From NCBI GenBank assembly GCA_965644315.1, contig CBFFRQ010000064.1, forward strand, positions 310,001 through 374,000: 64,000 nt of DNA, read 5' to 3'. The notes beneath the pieces are model-generated. The model was not told the DNA's origin, did not search any database, and was given only the letters and a program-made list of their open reading frames with translations. This DNA comes from Caecitellus pseudoparvulus. Taxonomy: Eukaryota; Protista; Bigyra: Bicosoecida. Position numbers and translations under genes: made by a program. This document shows positions 1-11,674 of this stretch, piece by piece; position 1 is the stretch's first letter; every line of letters starts with the position of its first letter.

Positions 1-1143
1 GCTCTGCAGTCCAGGCAAGACGTCCCGTGCGAACGCGCGGCGCTCGCCCTCCGAGGCATCTGCCAAGTCCACTTGCAAGATGGACGTGTTCGGGGGAGGG
101 TCAGCCAAGTCCACTTCCGGGTGGGCCACGATATTCCCCTGCGTGTCAGTGATCCACCCATACCCACCCGTGCCCACACGGCTCTTCACGCTGGCAGACA
201 CTGTCGTGAAGTCGATGTCCATGAAACACACGCCCTCCCGAGTGGACGCCGTAGTGTGGGGAGGGGGCTCTGCCGTGGTGTTGAAGAAAGACAGGGCTGC
301 CGTAATCCCTAAGTTTTGACTGCCCGCAAAAATGTATGGTGATGAGAATTCTGGCTCTGTGCTGAGCCTGGCCGTGGTGTACCAGGGGCGGCAGCGCGGG
401 TCGTAGCCCACCTTCGGCAGGCTGCCCGTGTAGCCCGGGAAGGAGCAGGAGATCTCCAGGGTGCGGTACCTCTCCCGCGGCCGGAAGGGGTACATGCTGA
501 ACGTGCCATCCCCCTCGAATCCCATCCCCCACAGCCCGCCAGAGCCAATGCGCATGTCCCCACTGGCCAGCGCTTTCATGTGTGGCTGTGCCAGGAAACC
601 AGCATCCACGTGCAGCCCATTCGGCGTCGACAGTTGCGATGAGCTGACGCCAAGGCCCCCGTTATCACAGCTGGATCCAGGTGGGGCCTGTGCGCCGTTG
701 CACAGCCACCAGCCCGAGGTGCCGTATGCGCCACTGGCGTCAGCGTCCCACCCAGGCTGCGACTCTGCGTCGTCGAACGCGCCGTTCGGCTGGTGGGACA
801 CCCCGCCTGGGAGCTGGTCGGAAGCAGCTCGGGAGCCAATGGAGCACATTTGTTTCACAGCAGCATTCACGCGTTTGAAGAATTGGTCTGTGGCGCGGTA
901 GCAGCAAGGTGGTGGGCAAGGCTGGCGTCGCAAGCGACGGGTCGCCAACACCTTACCTGCGAACTCTGTCTTCAGGGCCGTCAGGCGGTCTAAGTTCACG
1001 AGCTCAGACTGCACCATGTTTGCCCGGGTGGGGTCCGTCCAGCCACTTTGCAGGAGCAGCGTCGCAACCAGGACGACAGCCAGCACCAGGCCTGGGACGA
1101 TGCCCATTGTTGCCATGAGCAACTTGGTGTGCAGTTTTCCCAT
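1..1143 (-). CDS. Membrane-anchored dCache_1 sensor-domain protein (C-terminal part lies outside the window; probable 69-nt intron ~888-956)
   Basis: Manual translation, not in the ORF track: MGKLHTKLLMATMGIVPGLVLAVVLVATLLL (TM helix), then GYDPRCRPWY...FSSPY...GVCFMDIDF...VGTGGYGWITDTQGNIVAHP, the typical dCache_1 signatures. Confidence 0.8.
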   Translation of the reverse strand, partial: MGKLHTKLLMATMGIVPGLVLAVVLVATLLLQSGWTDPTRANMVQSELVNLDRLTALKTEFAGKVLATRRLRRQPCPPPCCYRATDQFFKRVNAAVKQMCSIGSRAASDQLPGGVSHQPNGAFDDAESQPGWDADASGAYGTSGWWLCNGAQAPPGSSCDNGGLGVSSSQLSTPNGLHVDAGFLAQPHMKALASGDMRIGSGGLWGMGFEGDGTFSMYPFRPRERYRTLEISCSFPGYTGSLPKVGYDPRCRPWYTTARLSTEPEFSSPYIFAGSQNLGITAALSFFNTTAEPPPHTTASTREGVCFMDIDFTTVSASVKSRVGTGGYGWITDTQGNIVAHPEVDLADPPPNTSILQVDLADASEGERRAFARDVLPGLQS

Positions 1144-1517
1144 CGCGCTTCAAGGCAGGCAAGCGAAAGCACTCCGCAGGGGGGGGCTTTCAGCACGTGG
1201 CCACTCGTCCTCGCCACCTGTGCCGCAGCAGGGGTGGGCAAAGGCGCCGGGCAGTCAAGGCTGTGCCTGGGCCAAATGCCGCTCCCGGCTTGGATGGAGA
1301 AGGCAGCCTTGCGCCTGGCTTTGGCCTTGGCAGGTCGGGCAAAAACCTGCACACACACAAAAAAGCACGCACCCCACTGTGGACCAAGTGGACGCATTGT
1401 GGTGCGGCAAGCATTGTGGCTCGGCCAGTACACTGCCGCCAGGCAACCCCTGCTGCCTTGGCCAGGCGCTGCCTTGCGCCAACGTTAACGCCACGCGGCG
1501 CCTTTGCGTCCTTCACC

Positions 1518-4500
1518 ATGGCGCTGCAAGAGCAGGCCGTGCGCGTGATGCTTCGCATCCGGCCAGCCGGGAGCGAAGAGCCCCTGCTTCATTGCGAGCC
1601 GGGGAGCAACTCTGTTGTGCTGCGCCCCCCAGCAGACTGTGGCAGCGTCGAATCGGCCCCTGCCACAACGCCTGCGAGGCTAGGGAAAACTCCAACTCGC
1701 AGTGCACGCAAGCTGTGAGGCAGGAAGCCTGAGGCCCTCACAATCCAGTGCCTTACCTTTCGTTTCTGTTTATCGTTCTGCAGGAGGACCCCTGGAAGCC
1801 GGCGCAGCAAGGCAGCAGCGTCTCCGTTTCGCACACCTGTGAGCGAAACGCGCGCAAGTGACACACAGCGGCCCGGCACGACACACCCCTTCCTCACCCG
1901 CAGCGCCACATGGTTCCCCGTGACTTCACATTTGACAGCGTCTTTGATCCCTCGGCAGACCAAGCGGCAGTCTTCGCCCCCCTGCGCGGCATGGTGCAGT
2001 CTGTCCTCGCCGGGTACAACGCAACGGTGCTGGCTTTCGGCCCGTCAGGGGCTGGGAAGACCCACACAATCATGGGCAGTGCAGCAGGCCATGCCGCAGG
2101 TGAATGCTCGCCTGTGACTCAGTCGGGCATGGCCACCACTCGGTGGGGAGTCCTACAGCGTGCACTGGCTGCGCTGTTCGCCGAGGCCGAGCAGCGGCCG
2201 GGCACCCAGCTGAAGCTGACCTTTGTGGAGCTGTACAACAACAAGTTTAAGGACTTGCTCGCGGATCCTGCTACGCCGTCCAACGTGCTCCTGCGCGATA
2301 CACCCTCCAAGGGTGTCTTCCTCACTGGCTCAGCGACCCTGGACGTCCCCGTGGCAACTGTTGACGAGGCACTCGCGGCCATTCAGCGCGGCAACGCCAA
2401 CCGCGCTGAGGGAGTCACAGACCTTAACAGCCACTCTTCTCGTTCTCATGCACTTGTGCAAGTGACAGTGTCCTCCCCTGCGCCGCCCACAGCGTCCCCT
2501 CCGGGGACCTTGAAAGCCACCCCGCGCCCGACGCGGGTAGGCAAGCTGATTATCGCCGATCTTGCCGGCAGCGAGCGGTTGGTGGGTGCCGCTGCCACCA
2601 TGGACGCAAAGCAGATGGCTGAGACGCAGGCCATCAACTTGAGCCTCACTGCGCTCACTGACGTGCTGACTGCACTGGCCACTAAGTCAAAGGACTCCTG
2701 GCTCGTCCCCTACCGCAACTCCAAACTGACGCACTTCCTGAGAGGTGCAGTGGGCGGCGCGGCACGCACGGTGCTGCTTGCACACGCCGCGGCAGCGCCC
2801 GCTCAGTACCGCCCCACCCTCCTCTCCCTGCAGTACGCCAGCCGGTGTTGCGGCATCAATGCTGCGCCCGTCGCACGCCTGGACTTTGCAGCAGAGGGCA
2901 CTGTGCCAGCCAGGGAGCTGGAGACGGCAAAGTGCGCCCTGGACGCCACGCAGATGGATCTGGCTGCATCCCGAGACATGGCTGCGGAAGCTCAGGCGAA
3001 CGTGGCCCGCTTGGAGGCAGAGCTGGCGGCCCTGCGTCAAGACCGGCAGGAGCGGGATGCGGCACTGCTGGCGGCGGCTGCATCGCCCCAGGTACCAGAC
3101 GCAGGCCCAGCCGGTGTAGAAGCTGGCACGAGCCCCATGCCGCTGACCCCACAGAGTGCCTTGGCGCCTTCCGGCGTGGCGCTGCAGACCTCCCCTGCCC
3201 TGCTCGAGGCGGCCGTGACTGCTGCGCTGCAGCCCGCTCTCGCCGAGGCGCTCCTCCAAGAAAAGGCCACCTTGGAGGCAAGCCTGGCAGACAAGTTTGA
3301 CGCCGTGGAGCAAGAGCGGGTGGCTGCTGCGGCACAGGCAGCCCGGGAAGCAGAGCACGCCCAGTGGACCGCACAGGCTGCGCAGCTTCGGGCGGAGCTC
3401 ACATCACGGGTGCCTGCTGCGGAAGTGGAAGCGTCCTTGCAGGCTGCACGGTCCAAGTGGGAGGATGAAGATCTGCCCGCTGCAGTGGAGGCAGCAGTGG
3501 CTGCGGCAGTCGAGGTGGTGGAGGGGGAAGTGGTTGCCGAGTACCGCAGCAAGCTGGATGAGTGGAAGACCAAGGCGAAGGAGGCTGTTGCCGCGGCAAA
3601 GGTGAAGATCTCTGCCGCCAGGGCGGAAGCCAAGGCGGCCACGGGCGGCGCGGCTGCCGCCCAAGCCGAAGTGGCCAAACTCACAGCTCAGCTGAAGGGC
3701 CTGTCAGACCCCCTCGCAGCTCCCACGCCCCGAAAGGGCGCAGGTTCCAAGGCCAAGGGGAAAGCCGGAGTCCAGCTCCGTGCAGCAGTCACGCGCCTGC
3801 GAGCGGAGCGGAGCCGTCGCAAGGAGCTGGAGGCTGCCCTGGCAGGTGCCCGGGCTTCAGCCACAGCCGCCGAGTCACGCGTGACAGCGCAGGAGGAGGA
3901 GCTGGCGGAGGTGACAACGCAGCTCACGCAGGCTATGACTGCTGCTCTGGACCAGCGGGACCGCGAGTTGGCCCTGCTGAGGGCTGATGTCGCCGAGGCC
4001 CAGTGTGAGGCCATGACCTGGCGTCTGGCGGCTCACAAGGCCCAAGGGGCGGCTGTCGCTGCCACCGGAGCCCGCATCGTGACGGAGGGGCAGCTGGAAG
4101 CGGTCCAAGCAGAGTTGTCTCAGGTTGCCTCCTCACGAGACGCCCTGGCAAACTTCACTGTGGCCTTGGTGCGGGATCTGCAAGACGCACTGGTGGAGCT
4201 GGAGACGGCGAAAGACAAGGCTGCCGCCGCCGAAGCCGCTGCGGTGCAGGCAGAAACTGCCAAGGCCATTGCCCTGCGCACTGCAGAGAGTCGAGCGGCC
4301 GAGCAGCATACAGCTGCTGCCGTTGCCGCTGCAGAGCGTGATGCGCAGTGGAAGGGCATGTCCCAAGCGCTGCAAGCCATGGGAGGTGCGGCCGCTCGCC
4401 AGGCCTCCCGGCCAAGGGGCTCCTCTGGGGCGTCCTCCTTCGACCCTTCCCTGTACGCGGCCGGCAGTGACACAGACGGCTCTGGCATGCCTTTCCCATT

Positions 4501-5509
4501 CACCGAGGAGGACAGCACTGCGCCTCGCCGCGCTCGCAAGCGCAAGCCAGCCCCCAAGCGCTCTCGGGCACAGGCAGCAGCCGCCAAGGCTGCAGCGGCA
4601 CGGTCTCGGCCAGGGACCGCTTCTGACTCGTCGTACCACCCAGGCGCGTCACCAGCGGGAGAATCCCCTGCACCTGCCGTGTTGGACGCCTTTGCAGATG
4701 AGTCCCCAAGCACTCTCGCTGTCATGAGCCGTGTGGCACGTCGCTCCATTGCTTGGGCAGCTGAGGGTCGGCGGTCGCTGGATGGTGCCTCTCTGCCGCA
4801 GGACTCGGCAACGGGGTCCAAGGCTTCCGCCTCCACCACTCAGCCCTCAGATGAGAAGCTGCTTGCCGAACTCAGGGAGGCGGAGGCAGCTGCGAAGGCT
4901 GAAGCAAGGAAGAAAGAGGCAGCAGCCAAGAAGGCGGCGGCGGCTGCCAAGAAGGAGGAGGCTGCTGCACAAAAGAAGGAGGCTGCGGCTGCCAAGAAGA
5001 GGGAAGCTGCGGCTGCCAAGGCTGAAGCCAAGAGGCTGAAGGATGAAGCGAAGAAGAAAGAGGCAGCAGCCAAGAAGAAAGAGGCTGCGGCTGCTAAAAG
5101 GGAAGAAGCTGCAGCCAAGAAGAGAGAAGCTGCAGATGAGGCGGAGGAGGTGGAGTCCTCTGCCGCTGGGCGGGGTCGAAAGCGGGGGCGCGGCGCCAAG
5201 GCACTGCAGCCCGTGCCGACCAACGCAGAGACTGCAGCCAAGGGATCGAAAGACACATTTGCGCCGCCGTCTTCGACAGAGAGTGGCGGAGGGGGGCTCT
5301 TTTCAGCTGCGGATTTGGACGGGATGGGCAGCAAGGCCCAAAGCAAGAAGCGGCGACTGCTGGGGAAGGGTGCTGAGTCCTCCCTTGCCACTGCCGAGCC
5401 GTCCCACGCCAAGACGGTGTCGACTGACTTTCGCATGGGCATGGGGGCGTTCGGCAGGTCGGGGGGCTTCGCACTGCCGCGCCTGAAAGCCGGCAAGGCT
5501 GCTCGGTAG
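1518..5509 (+). CDS. Kinesin-like protein: N-terminal motor, long coiled coil, Lys/Ala-rich tail (introns ~1715-1783, ~1839-1903)
   Basis: AVRVMLRIRP start motif, FTFDSVF, P-loop GPSGAGKTHT, switch I NSHSSRSH, switch II DLAGSER, VPYRNSKLT; the GT-AG introns join in frame. Confidence 0.92.
4880..5135 (+). repeat. Degenerate coding repeat (KKEAAAAK)n in the kinesin tail
   Basis: Repeated aagaag(a/g)gaggctgc(a/g)gc units. Confidence 0.7.
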
Positions 5510-5614
5510 GGAAGGAGCAGCATCGTGGTCAATGCAACAACGCGCGCAGTGCAAAACACGTCAATCAAACGCACCCCACACCCTGTGTATGCAGTTCTCG
5601 CTTATATGGGAAAA

Positions 5615-7586
5615 ATGAAGAACCTCCTGCTGGCTCTGTGTGCAGCCGCTTGTCTGGCGGCTGCTCGCAGCAGCGGCTCGCCTCCACCAGAGTCCAAGGT
5701 CATTGCTGCTCTCGTGGCTGATGGCTACACTGTGGCCGGGAGGACGGTGTCGAACTCTGGCTATGGCCTGCTGGCTCTGAGCAACAATGTCACTCTGTGG
5801 AGCACTGGCAAGCCCAAGAAGGTGTACTACTTGACGGGCTCGGCGCGCGACACTGGGTAGGGGCTTGTGCACTGCACTTGCCGGCGCACGGGAGTTCCTC
5901 ACCCTGGCCGGCACTTCCCCGCACACAGGTACATGTTCGGGCAGCTGTCAGCAAACGACACGCTTCGCATGTCGACGGAGTATGTCAACAATGTGGTGCC
6001 GGCGCTCGTGTCTCCCGGTATCATCAAGAAGCTCGGCAACAGCACCCTGGTGGAGTGGCTGCTGAACGAGGTGGGCAATTTCATCACAAAGGAGGCAGTG
6101 AAGAGCTTCAAGGACTCCAATGAAGCTGGAGTCTTCCCTCAGTGGGTGTATGATGAGATGGCCGGCATCGCAGCAGGTGCCAACTCGAAGCTGCGCGCCA
6201 ACCAGCAAGTGGACCCTGACCGTGAGTGCCTCATTCCGCGAGAACGGTCGCAAGCTTACACAGCCGAGTCACGCACCCGGCGCTTTGCACACACACACAG
6301 GAATCATCACACTGAACTATGGATTCGACTGGATCAGCGCCCAGGTGTTCTCCGGCGCGATCATCGGCAAGCTGCTGGACGCCGCCCGCCGAGACCTGGA
6401 TGCCCACGGAGTTGCCGTGCTCACCCGGCACCTGGACGAGCGCTCCATTCAAGTGCCCACCTTCTGTGACGCCTTCATGGTGTCCAAGTCTGCCACCGCG
6501 TCAGGCAAGGGTGCCTTCATGGGCCGAGACCTGCAGCTCGTGACTGGCGGCGTGTTCCAAGACCTGGCGGCCACCGTCGTGTACCACCCCGTGACAGAGG
6601 CGGGGCAGCCTGAGCGCAAGCCACTGGTTGCAGTGTCTGGACCCGGCTTCGTGGGGGCCATCACCGCCCTGAACTCGGCGGGGTTTGCCATGGGTGTGGA
6701 CACGCTGCGCGCCGGCTTCATCGACGCAGACCGCCCCGGCCTGAACTCCATCCTCATGGTGCGGGTGACGTCCCACACCGCCGCCACGACGGAAGCCGCC
6801 ACCCAAGCCGTGCGCGCCTCCACCCGGGGCGTGCCGTACTTCTACCCCATGCAAGACGCAGCTGGTGACGGGCGCGTACTGGAAGTGGGCAAGAGTAGCC
6901 CTGGCACGGACATTCCTGACATGCGTGCCCTCATCAACGACACCAAGCTGCTGCAAGTGCTGCCCAGCTGGGCTGAGGTGCAGGCTGCGTCGCCTGTGGA
7001 CTATGCCGATGGCGTGTTCGTGCGGAACACGTCGTACCGCCCCCCCCAAGACCTTATCACCAAGTACAACCCCGGGCTGTGGGGCCTGTCAGGCCTGCCC
7101 TACAACGCGTCGGCATGGGGCCCCCTTGCATCCACTTGGCCCTCCTTTGCTGAGGAGAACGCGGACTGGGGCAAGACGTACTCACGGTACTTCTCCCCTG
7201 CCCGCGTCCCCGAGGATGTGCAAGACATCGTCCTCGTCTCGAACATGGCCATCGTGCCCCAGCTGCGAGTGGCTGAGATGACATTCTGGGCGTCTGTCTT
7301 CCACGGCGAGGCCATCACGTGGCGGTACGACACCCTCGCGCGCCGTGTGGTGGACGTCGCGCGCAATGGCGGGTTCACGCTGGAGGAGACTCAGAACACC
7401 ATCTTGTTCCTGGACCCCTGGCAGGCACCTGGGTACTGGAAGCAGCAAGAGGAGCCCGGCAACCTGAACAGCACCGTCATTCAGGGCGCCATCGCAGCCA
7501 TGGACTGTGGCGAAGGCATCTTGCGCAGCAAGACTGGCTACTTCGGCGATGGATGGCTGCAGATCACCCTGCCTGCGTACTTGTGA
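5615..7586 (+). CDS. Secreted Ntn-hydrolase (peptidase C45/AAT or acid-ceramidase-like), 2 introns
   Basis: Signal peptide MKNLLLALCAAACLAAA; DEMAGIAAG...ITLNY; putative nucleophile Cys in F-CDAF; GRDLQL; PGFVGAITALNSAG. Confidence 0.7.
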
Positions 7587-7656
7587 TGCGTGCTGCAGTT
7601 GTCGGCGATGTAAATTTATTGAACCCGTGAAGGAGCCCCCCCCCCCCGCATCAAGG

Positions 7657-9060
7657 TCACGGTGTGCTGGGGAGGGTGCTGGAAAGGCCACCTGTGGCGT
7701 CCCCCCCACCAGGGTGCAGTGGTCCGATACCACCCCCTCGCCCTCGCCCACGCCCCCTAAACCCCCCTCGACTGTTGTATCCACCTCTGCCTCTGTACCC
7801 ACCACGCCCCCTGAACCCACCACGACCTCTGTATCCGCCTCGACCTCTGTACCCACCTCGACCCCGCCCGACAGTCTGACCCCCCAACGCCGCCGCCACT
7901 GACTCAGCCGTCACAGACGAAGAGTTGTGCCAGCTTGACTCACGCACGTAGGAGGCTGCTTCCTCTGGGGGCAGCAGCGCAGATGACATGCGCTCTGCAA
8001 GCGGGCGACGATCCTGCACTGGCTCAGGCGCCCCCACGCTGCCGCCACGACCACGCCCACGTCCTCGTCCACGCCCACGCCCTCGGAAGCCCCCCCTGGC
8101 GCCACCTCGGTACCCCCCTCGAGGTGCGTAGGGCGCAGAGCCCTGTCCACCGGCTTGTAGAGCAGCGATGAGTGCAGAAGGGACGGCGCCGTCCGCACTT
8201 GTGAGGGCCGCTGCCAGGGCCTGTGCAAGCTGCGCCTGCGCGTTCCCGGAGCTTTGCGAGTCAGATGGAGGTGCTGGCGCCTGTGCAGCAGCGGCCGGTG
8301 CCGGCGGTGCCTGCGATGATGCCTTGCGCACTGTGATCTTGCGCCTGCCGGAGGCAGTGCGGGTGGTGACGACGTTGGCGGCGGAACTGCCCTGAGTCCC
8401 TGTACCACCACGTGGGCGTGAGGTTGTCTGTTCCAAACGCTCTGTGTCTGGGTTCCACGCAGGAGCGTCTGTGTTCCACTCGCGGCGGGGTGCCTTGGAG
8501 GTGGAGCGGCCGGTGGGCTCCTGCTGGCCTTCTTGCTCAGCACCGCCCGCCGGCTCTCGGGGGCGCTTAGTCCCAGCCTGAGCTGCTGCCATGGCGGACT
8601 GCAGCATGTTTTTTCCCGCCTGAGCTGCAGGTGGCTGCGCTGCTGCTTCCGGCTCGCGGCTTATGCGGGCCGGGGGCGCAGCCTGCTCGGGCTGCGGAAT
8701 TGGCTTGGCGGCGGCAGGCGGCGGCGGCGGAGCCACCTTCGCCTCGGGCGTTCCTGATGCCACCTCAGCCGCAGCATCTGGAGCAGGAATATCCCCGCCA
8801 GAGTTCACGCTAATGATGGCTGCCGCGAGCCACGCGAGAACCGGCTTAGTCTCCTCTGGTGACAAATAGTCCTGGATGTCTGCCTCGATGGCAGCCAGGT
8901 CTCGCGGCTGCCTGAACATCTCCGTGATGAACTCAGCCATGATATTGTTTTCATCTCCTGTACTACCTGCGGCTTCCAGCACACTGATGAGGGCCTTGTG
9001 CGCCTTGGGCACCTTGGCTGCATGCAGAGGCTTGTCCAGAATGGCGGACTTGGAAGCCAT
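7657..9060 (-). CDS. PWI-like domain protein with RGG/RGGY-rich C-terminus (putative RNA-binding)
   Basis: N-terminal helical segment MAEFITEMF...DIQDYL...LAWL resembles PWI; RGG boxes; AATAAA on the minus strand at 7615-7620. Confidence 0.65.
   Translation of the reverse strand: MASKSAILDKPLHAAKVPKAHKALISVLEAAGSTGDENNIMAEFITEMFRQPRDLAAIEADIQDYLSPEETKPVLAWLAAAIISVNSGGDIPAPDAAAEVASGTPEAKVAPPPPPAAAKPIPQPEQAAPPARISREPEAAAQPPAAQAGKNMLQSAMAAAQAGTKRPREPAGGAEQEGQQEPTGRSTSKAPRREWNTDAPAWNPDTERLEQTTSRPRGGTGTQGSSAANVVTTRTASGRRKITVRKASSQAPPAPAAAAQAPAPPSDSQSSGNAQAQLAQALAAALTSADGAVPSALIAALQAGGQGSAPYAPRGGYRGGARGGFRGRGRGRGRGRGRGGSVGAPEPVQDRRPLAERMSSALLPPEEAASYVRESSWHNSSSVTAESVAAALGGQTVGRGRGGYRGRGGYRGRGGFRGRGGYRGRGGYNSRGGFRGRGRGRGGGIGPLHPGGGDATGGLSSTLPSTP
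7731..7870 (-). repeat. 18-nt coding repeat encoding (RGRGGY/F)n
   Basis: Five to six imperfect RGRGG[YF] units. Confidence 0.75.
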
Positions 9061-9410
9061 GGCTGCTCGGTATCGCGCTGAGAGTCGTCACAACGCTCTG
9101 CGGCCGAAGGGGAAACTATGAAACACACGCATGTCCCTGCCACGAATGCGTTGTGACAGGTGGTGATGCAGGTTTGCCTGGCAGGGGCAACTGCGCCCCG
9201 TCCGGCTCGCAAGCTACTGTCAAGGGGCACCTGTGTCATAAGCTTGTGCCACGCCGCCTGTGGGCAATTGCCTCAAATCCAAACAGGTCCCCGCCCGGGC
9301 AACACGAATGCCTAGGCCCTGCGTCTTCTTTGACTGCGGCACGCTGGGAACAGGCCTGTCAATGCAGTGTAGCAACAGGCAGGCGCTGCGATTTCCGCAC
9401 GTGCCTCAGC

Positions 9411-10398
9411 ATGGCTGCCAGCACCGCAGCGAGGGGCACGGGCGATGGCTCAGCCTCCCCGGCACACGAAGATGAAAGATGCCCACAGGGACCCTATGAG
9501 CCGCTTCCTGACAGTACGTGCAGCCTGCGCGAGGGGCGCAGGGCATGGTCGCGTAGACATGTGACGTTGCAGCCTCGGCGCCCGCAATCCTTGCGCAGCT
9601 GGGAAGAAGCTCGGGGAGACCGTGATCGAGCTGTGGGACATTGGAAAGAAGTATGAGCTTGAAGGGGGCGAGCGAGTCTCTGCATTGTCCGGCATCAGCA
9701 TCCACGACGGCGGGGGGTGCCCCTTCCCAGGCGTGCGCAGGGGCGAATTCGTCATGCTGCGTGGGGCGTCAGGGGGTGGCAAGACGACCACCCTGAACAT
9801 CATCGGGTGCATCGACGCGCCGACGGAGGGAAAGCTGCGCCTGTTCGGGAGCGACGTCGACTTCTCGAGCGCCACCGATGCCGAACTGGCTGCCTTGCGG
9901 CTGAGCAAGATTGGCTTCGTCTTCCAGCAGTACAACTTGCTCAGCACCCTGTCGGCATTCGAGAACGTGGAGTTGCCCATGGCCATGGCTGGCAAGCTGA
10001 ACGCCAAGCAACGCAGTGCCAAGGCCCAGACGCTGCTGCGCATGGTGGGGCTGGAGGATCGCATGTCCCACCTGCCCTCCGAGCTGAGCGGCGGGGAGCA
10101 GCAACGCGTCACCATCGCACGAGCCCTGGCGAACGACCCAGAGCTGCTGCTGCTGGATGAGGCGACAGGGGACCTGGACACCCGTAATACGGTGGACACC
10201 ATGGACCTGCTGCTGCGCATCAACCAGGAGCACGGCATGACCATGCTCATGGTCACGCACAACCCAGACTTGGAGTGCTACGCAGACCGCATCCTGTACA
10301 TCTCTGATGGGCAGCTGGCAGAGCAGGCAGTGAACTTGAAGCAGGTGCCGCTGCTGCATGATGACTACGTTGCGTATTTGAATGAGCAGGGGAAGTAA
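9411..10398 (+). CDS. Stand-alone ABC ATPase, LolD/MacB-like (intron 9514-9598)
   Basis: Walker A GASGGGKTT, IGFVFQQYNLL, LSGGEQQRVTIARAL, LLLLDEATGDLD, MVTHN; no TM domain. Confidence 0.92.
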
Positions 10399-10425
10399 CT
10401 GCCCGCCTGCAATGCATCTTTCATG

Positions 10426-11564
10426 TCACCCGTGCAGCACGATGACCCTGTCCTGCGCCGGCCCTTGCTCCAGAAGCATGCGTGCTGCCAGCTGCATCGC
10501 TTGTTCGCTTGGCTTCGGGAGGGCCCGGTACCGAGCGCGGTGTAGCTCGCCCTGCCGGCCAGTGACCCGCCTGCTGCCGTGGGCAGTGTGCACTGCTGGC
10601 TGCTCCCGCTGCCGGCGACGCCCCGTGGATCGGGGGCGGGCTCTGCGGTGCACTGGGGTGGCTGGATGCTGCATGGGCTTGGTGGCTGGGGCGCCATGCT
10701 CCGCTTCGAAAGCGCAGTGGCGCACAGCATACCAAACGCACCCTGCAGCGGCGAGCAGCATCAAGCCGCTGGAACGAGCGCCAGCAATGCTGCGGCGGCT
10801 TGGTGCTGCCCTCTTGAAGGTCAGTTGCAGCCGGTGGTGTTGAGAGGTCCAGTCCTGGAAAGACATTGTCCTTGTGACCCTGCACGCGGACGCTGTTGCG
10901 GCCAGCGGCGCGGGGGCTGGGGCCTCTGCCGCCAGCAAGCACCACTCCACCACTGAAAACACTGCCAAGGCCCTGGCGCGCGTTGAAGTGAGGCGCACAG
11001 CAGCTGCAGCATAGGACCCGTAGTCAGTGTACCTCGGTATCTGCACGGTTGGAGCAGCACGTACTTTGCCTTGCATGGTCGGCCTGCCGCCGCACACGCA
11101 CCTGCATGCAGCGTTTTCTGTCAGGCCACGCCCTTGACAGTGAGCCCAGCTGCCCACCAGAGGCATTGAACAAGTCCACCTCTATCCTTGCACCTAGAAA
11201 GCCCTTTTCAGTGACAGCCCCCGGTGATAAGCACCTGCGAGGCCATCCATGGTCGGCGTGCGTTTCGCAGGCGTCAACGCAGCGGCACGCCAGCCTCACA
11301 AGGTGGCCCTGGGTGGGACGCTGGACAAGGCTTGCGGATCGAGCTCTGCCACACAAAGAACAAGCGATGCCAATGGAATTAGCAGGCGGGCTGCAACGCG
11401 GCAACCAGAGCAGACGCCGTGGGCGCGCGCCATGGCGCACAGTGCGTGCTTTGCACGGGCGAAACGTGCCTGCGCCCCCCCCTCCCGGCGGCAAGCACCG
11501 CCATTCAGAGGCAGTACAGCGCACCAAGCACATGCGTTAACACACCCAGATTTTCTGGCATCAT
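10426..11564 (-). CDS. Hypothetical multi-exon protein with hydrophobic N-terminus
   Basis: Several segments join in frame across GT-AG pairs (LLIPLASLVLCVAEL / CLSPGAVTEKGFLGARIEVDLF / IPRYTDYGSY); no family recognised; ends uncertain. Confidence 0.4.
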
Positions 11565-11674
11565 GATTTGGAGTTGCAGGGGCTCTTGCTGCTCCCCCGC
11601 ATGTGCTGGTTCACTCCCAGGGATCCCTACGCGCAGCCTCTAGCAGCCTGGCACCAGCCCGCACTGGAAGAAGC

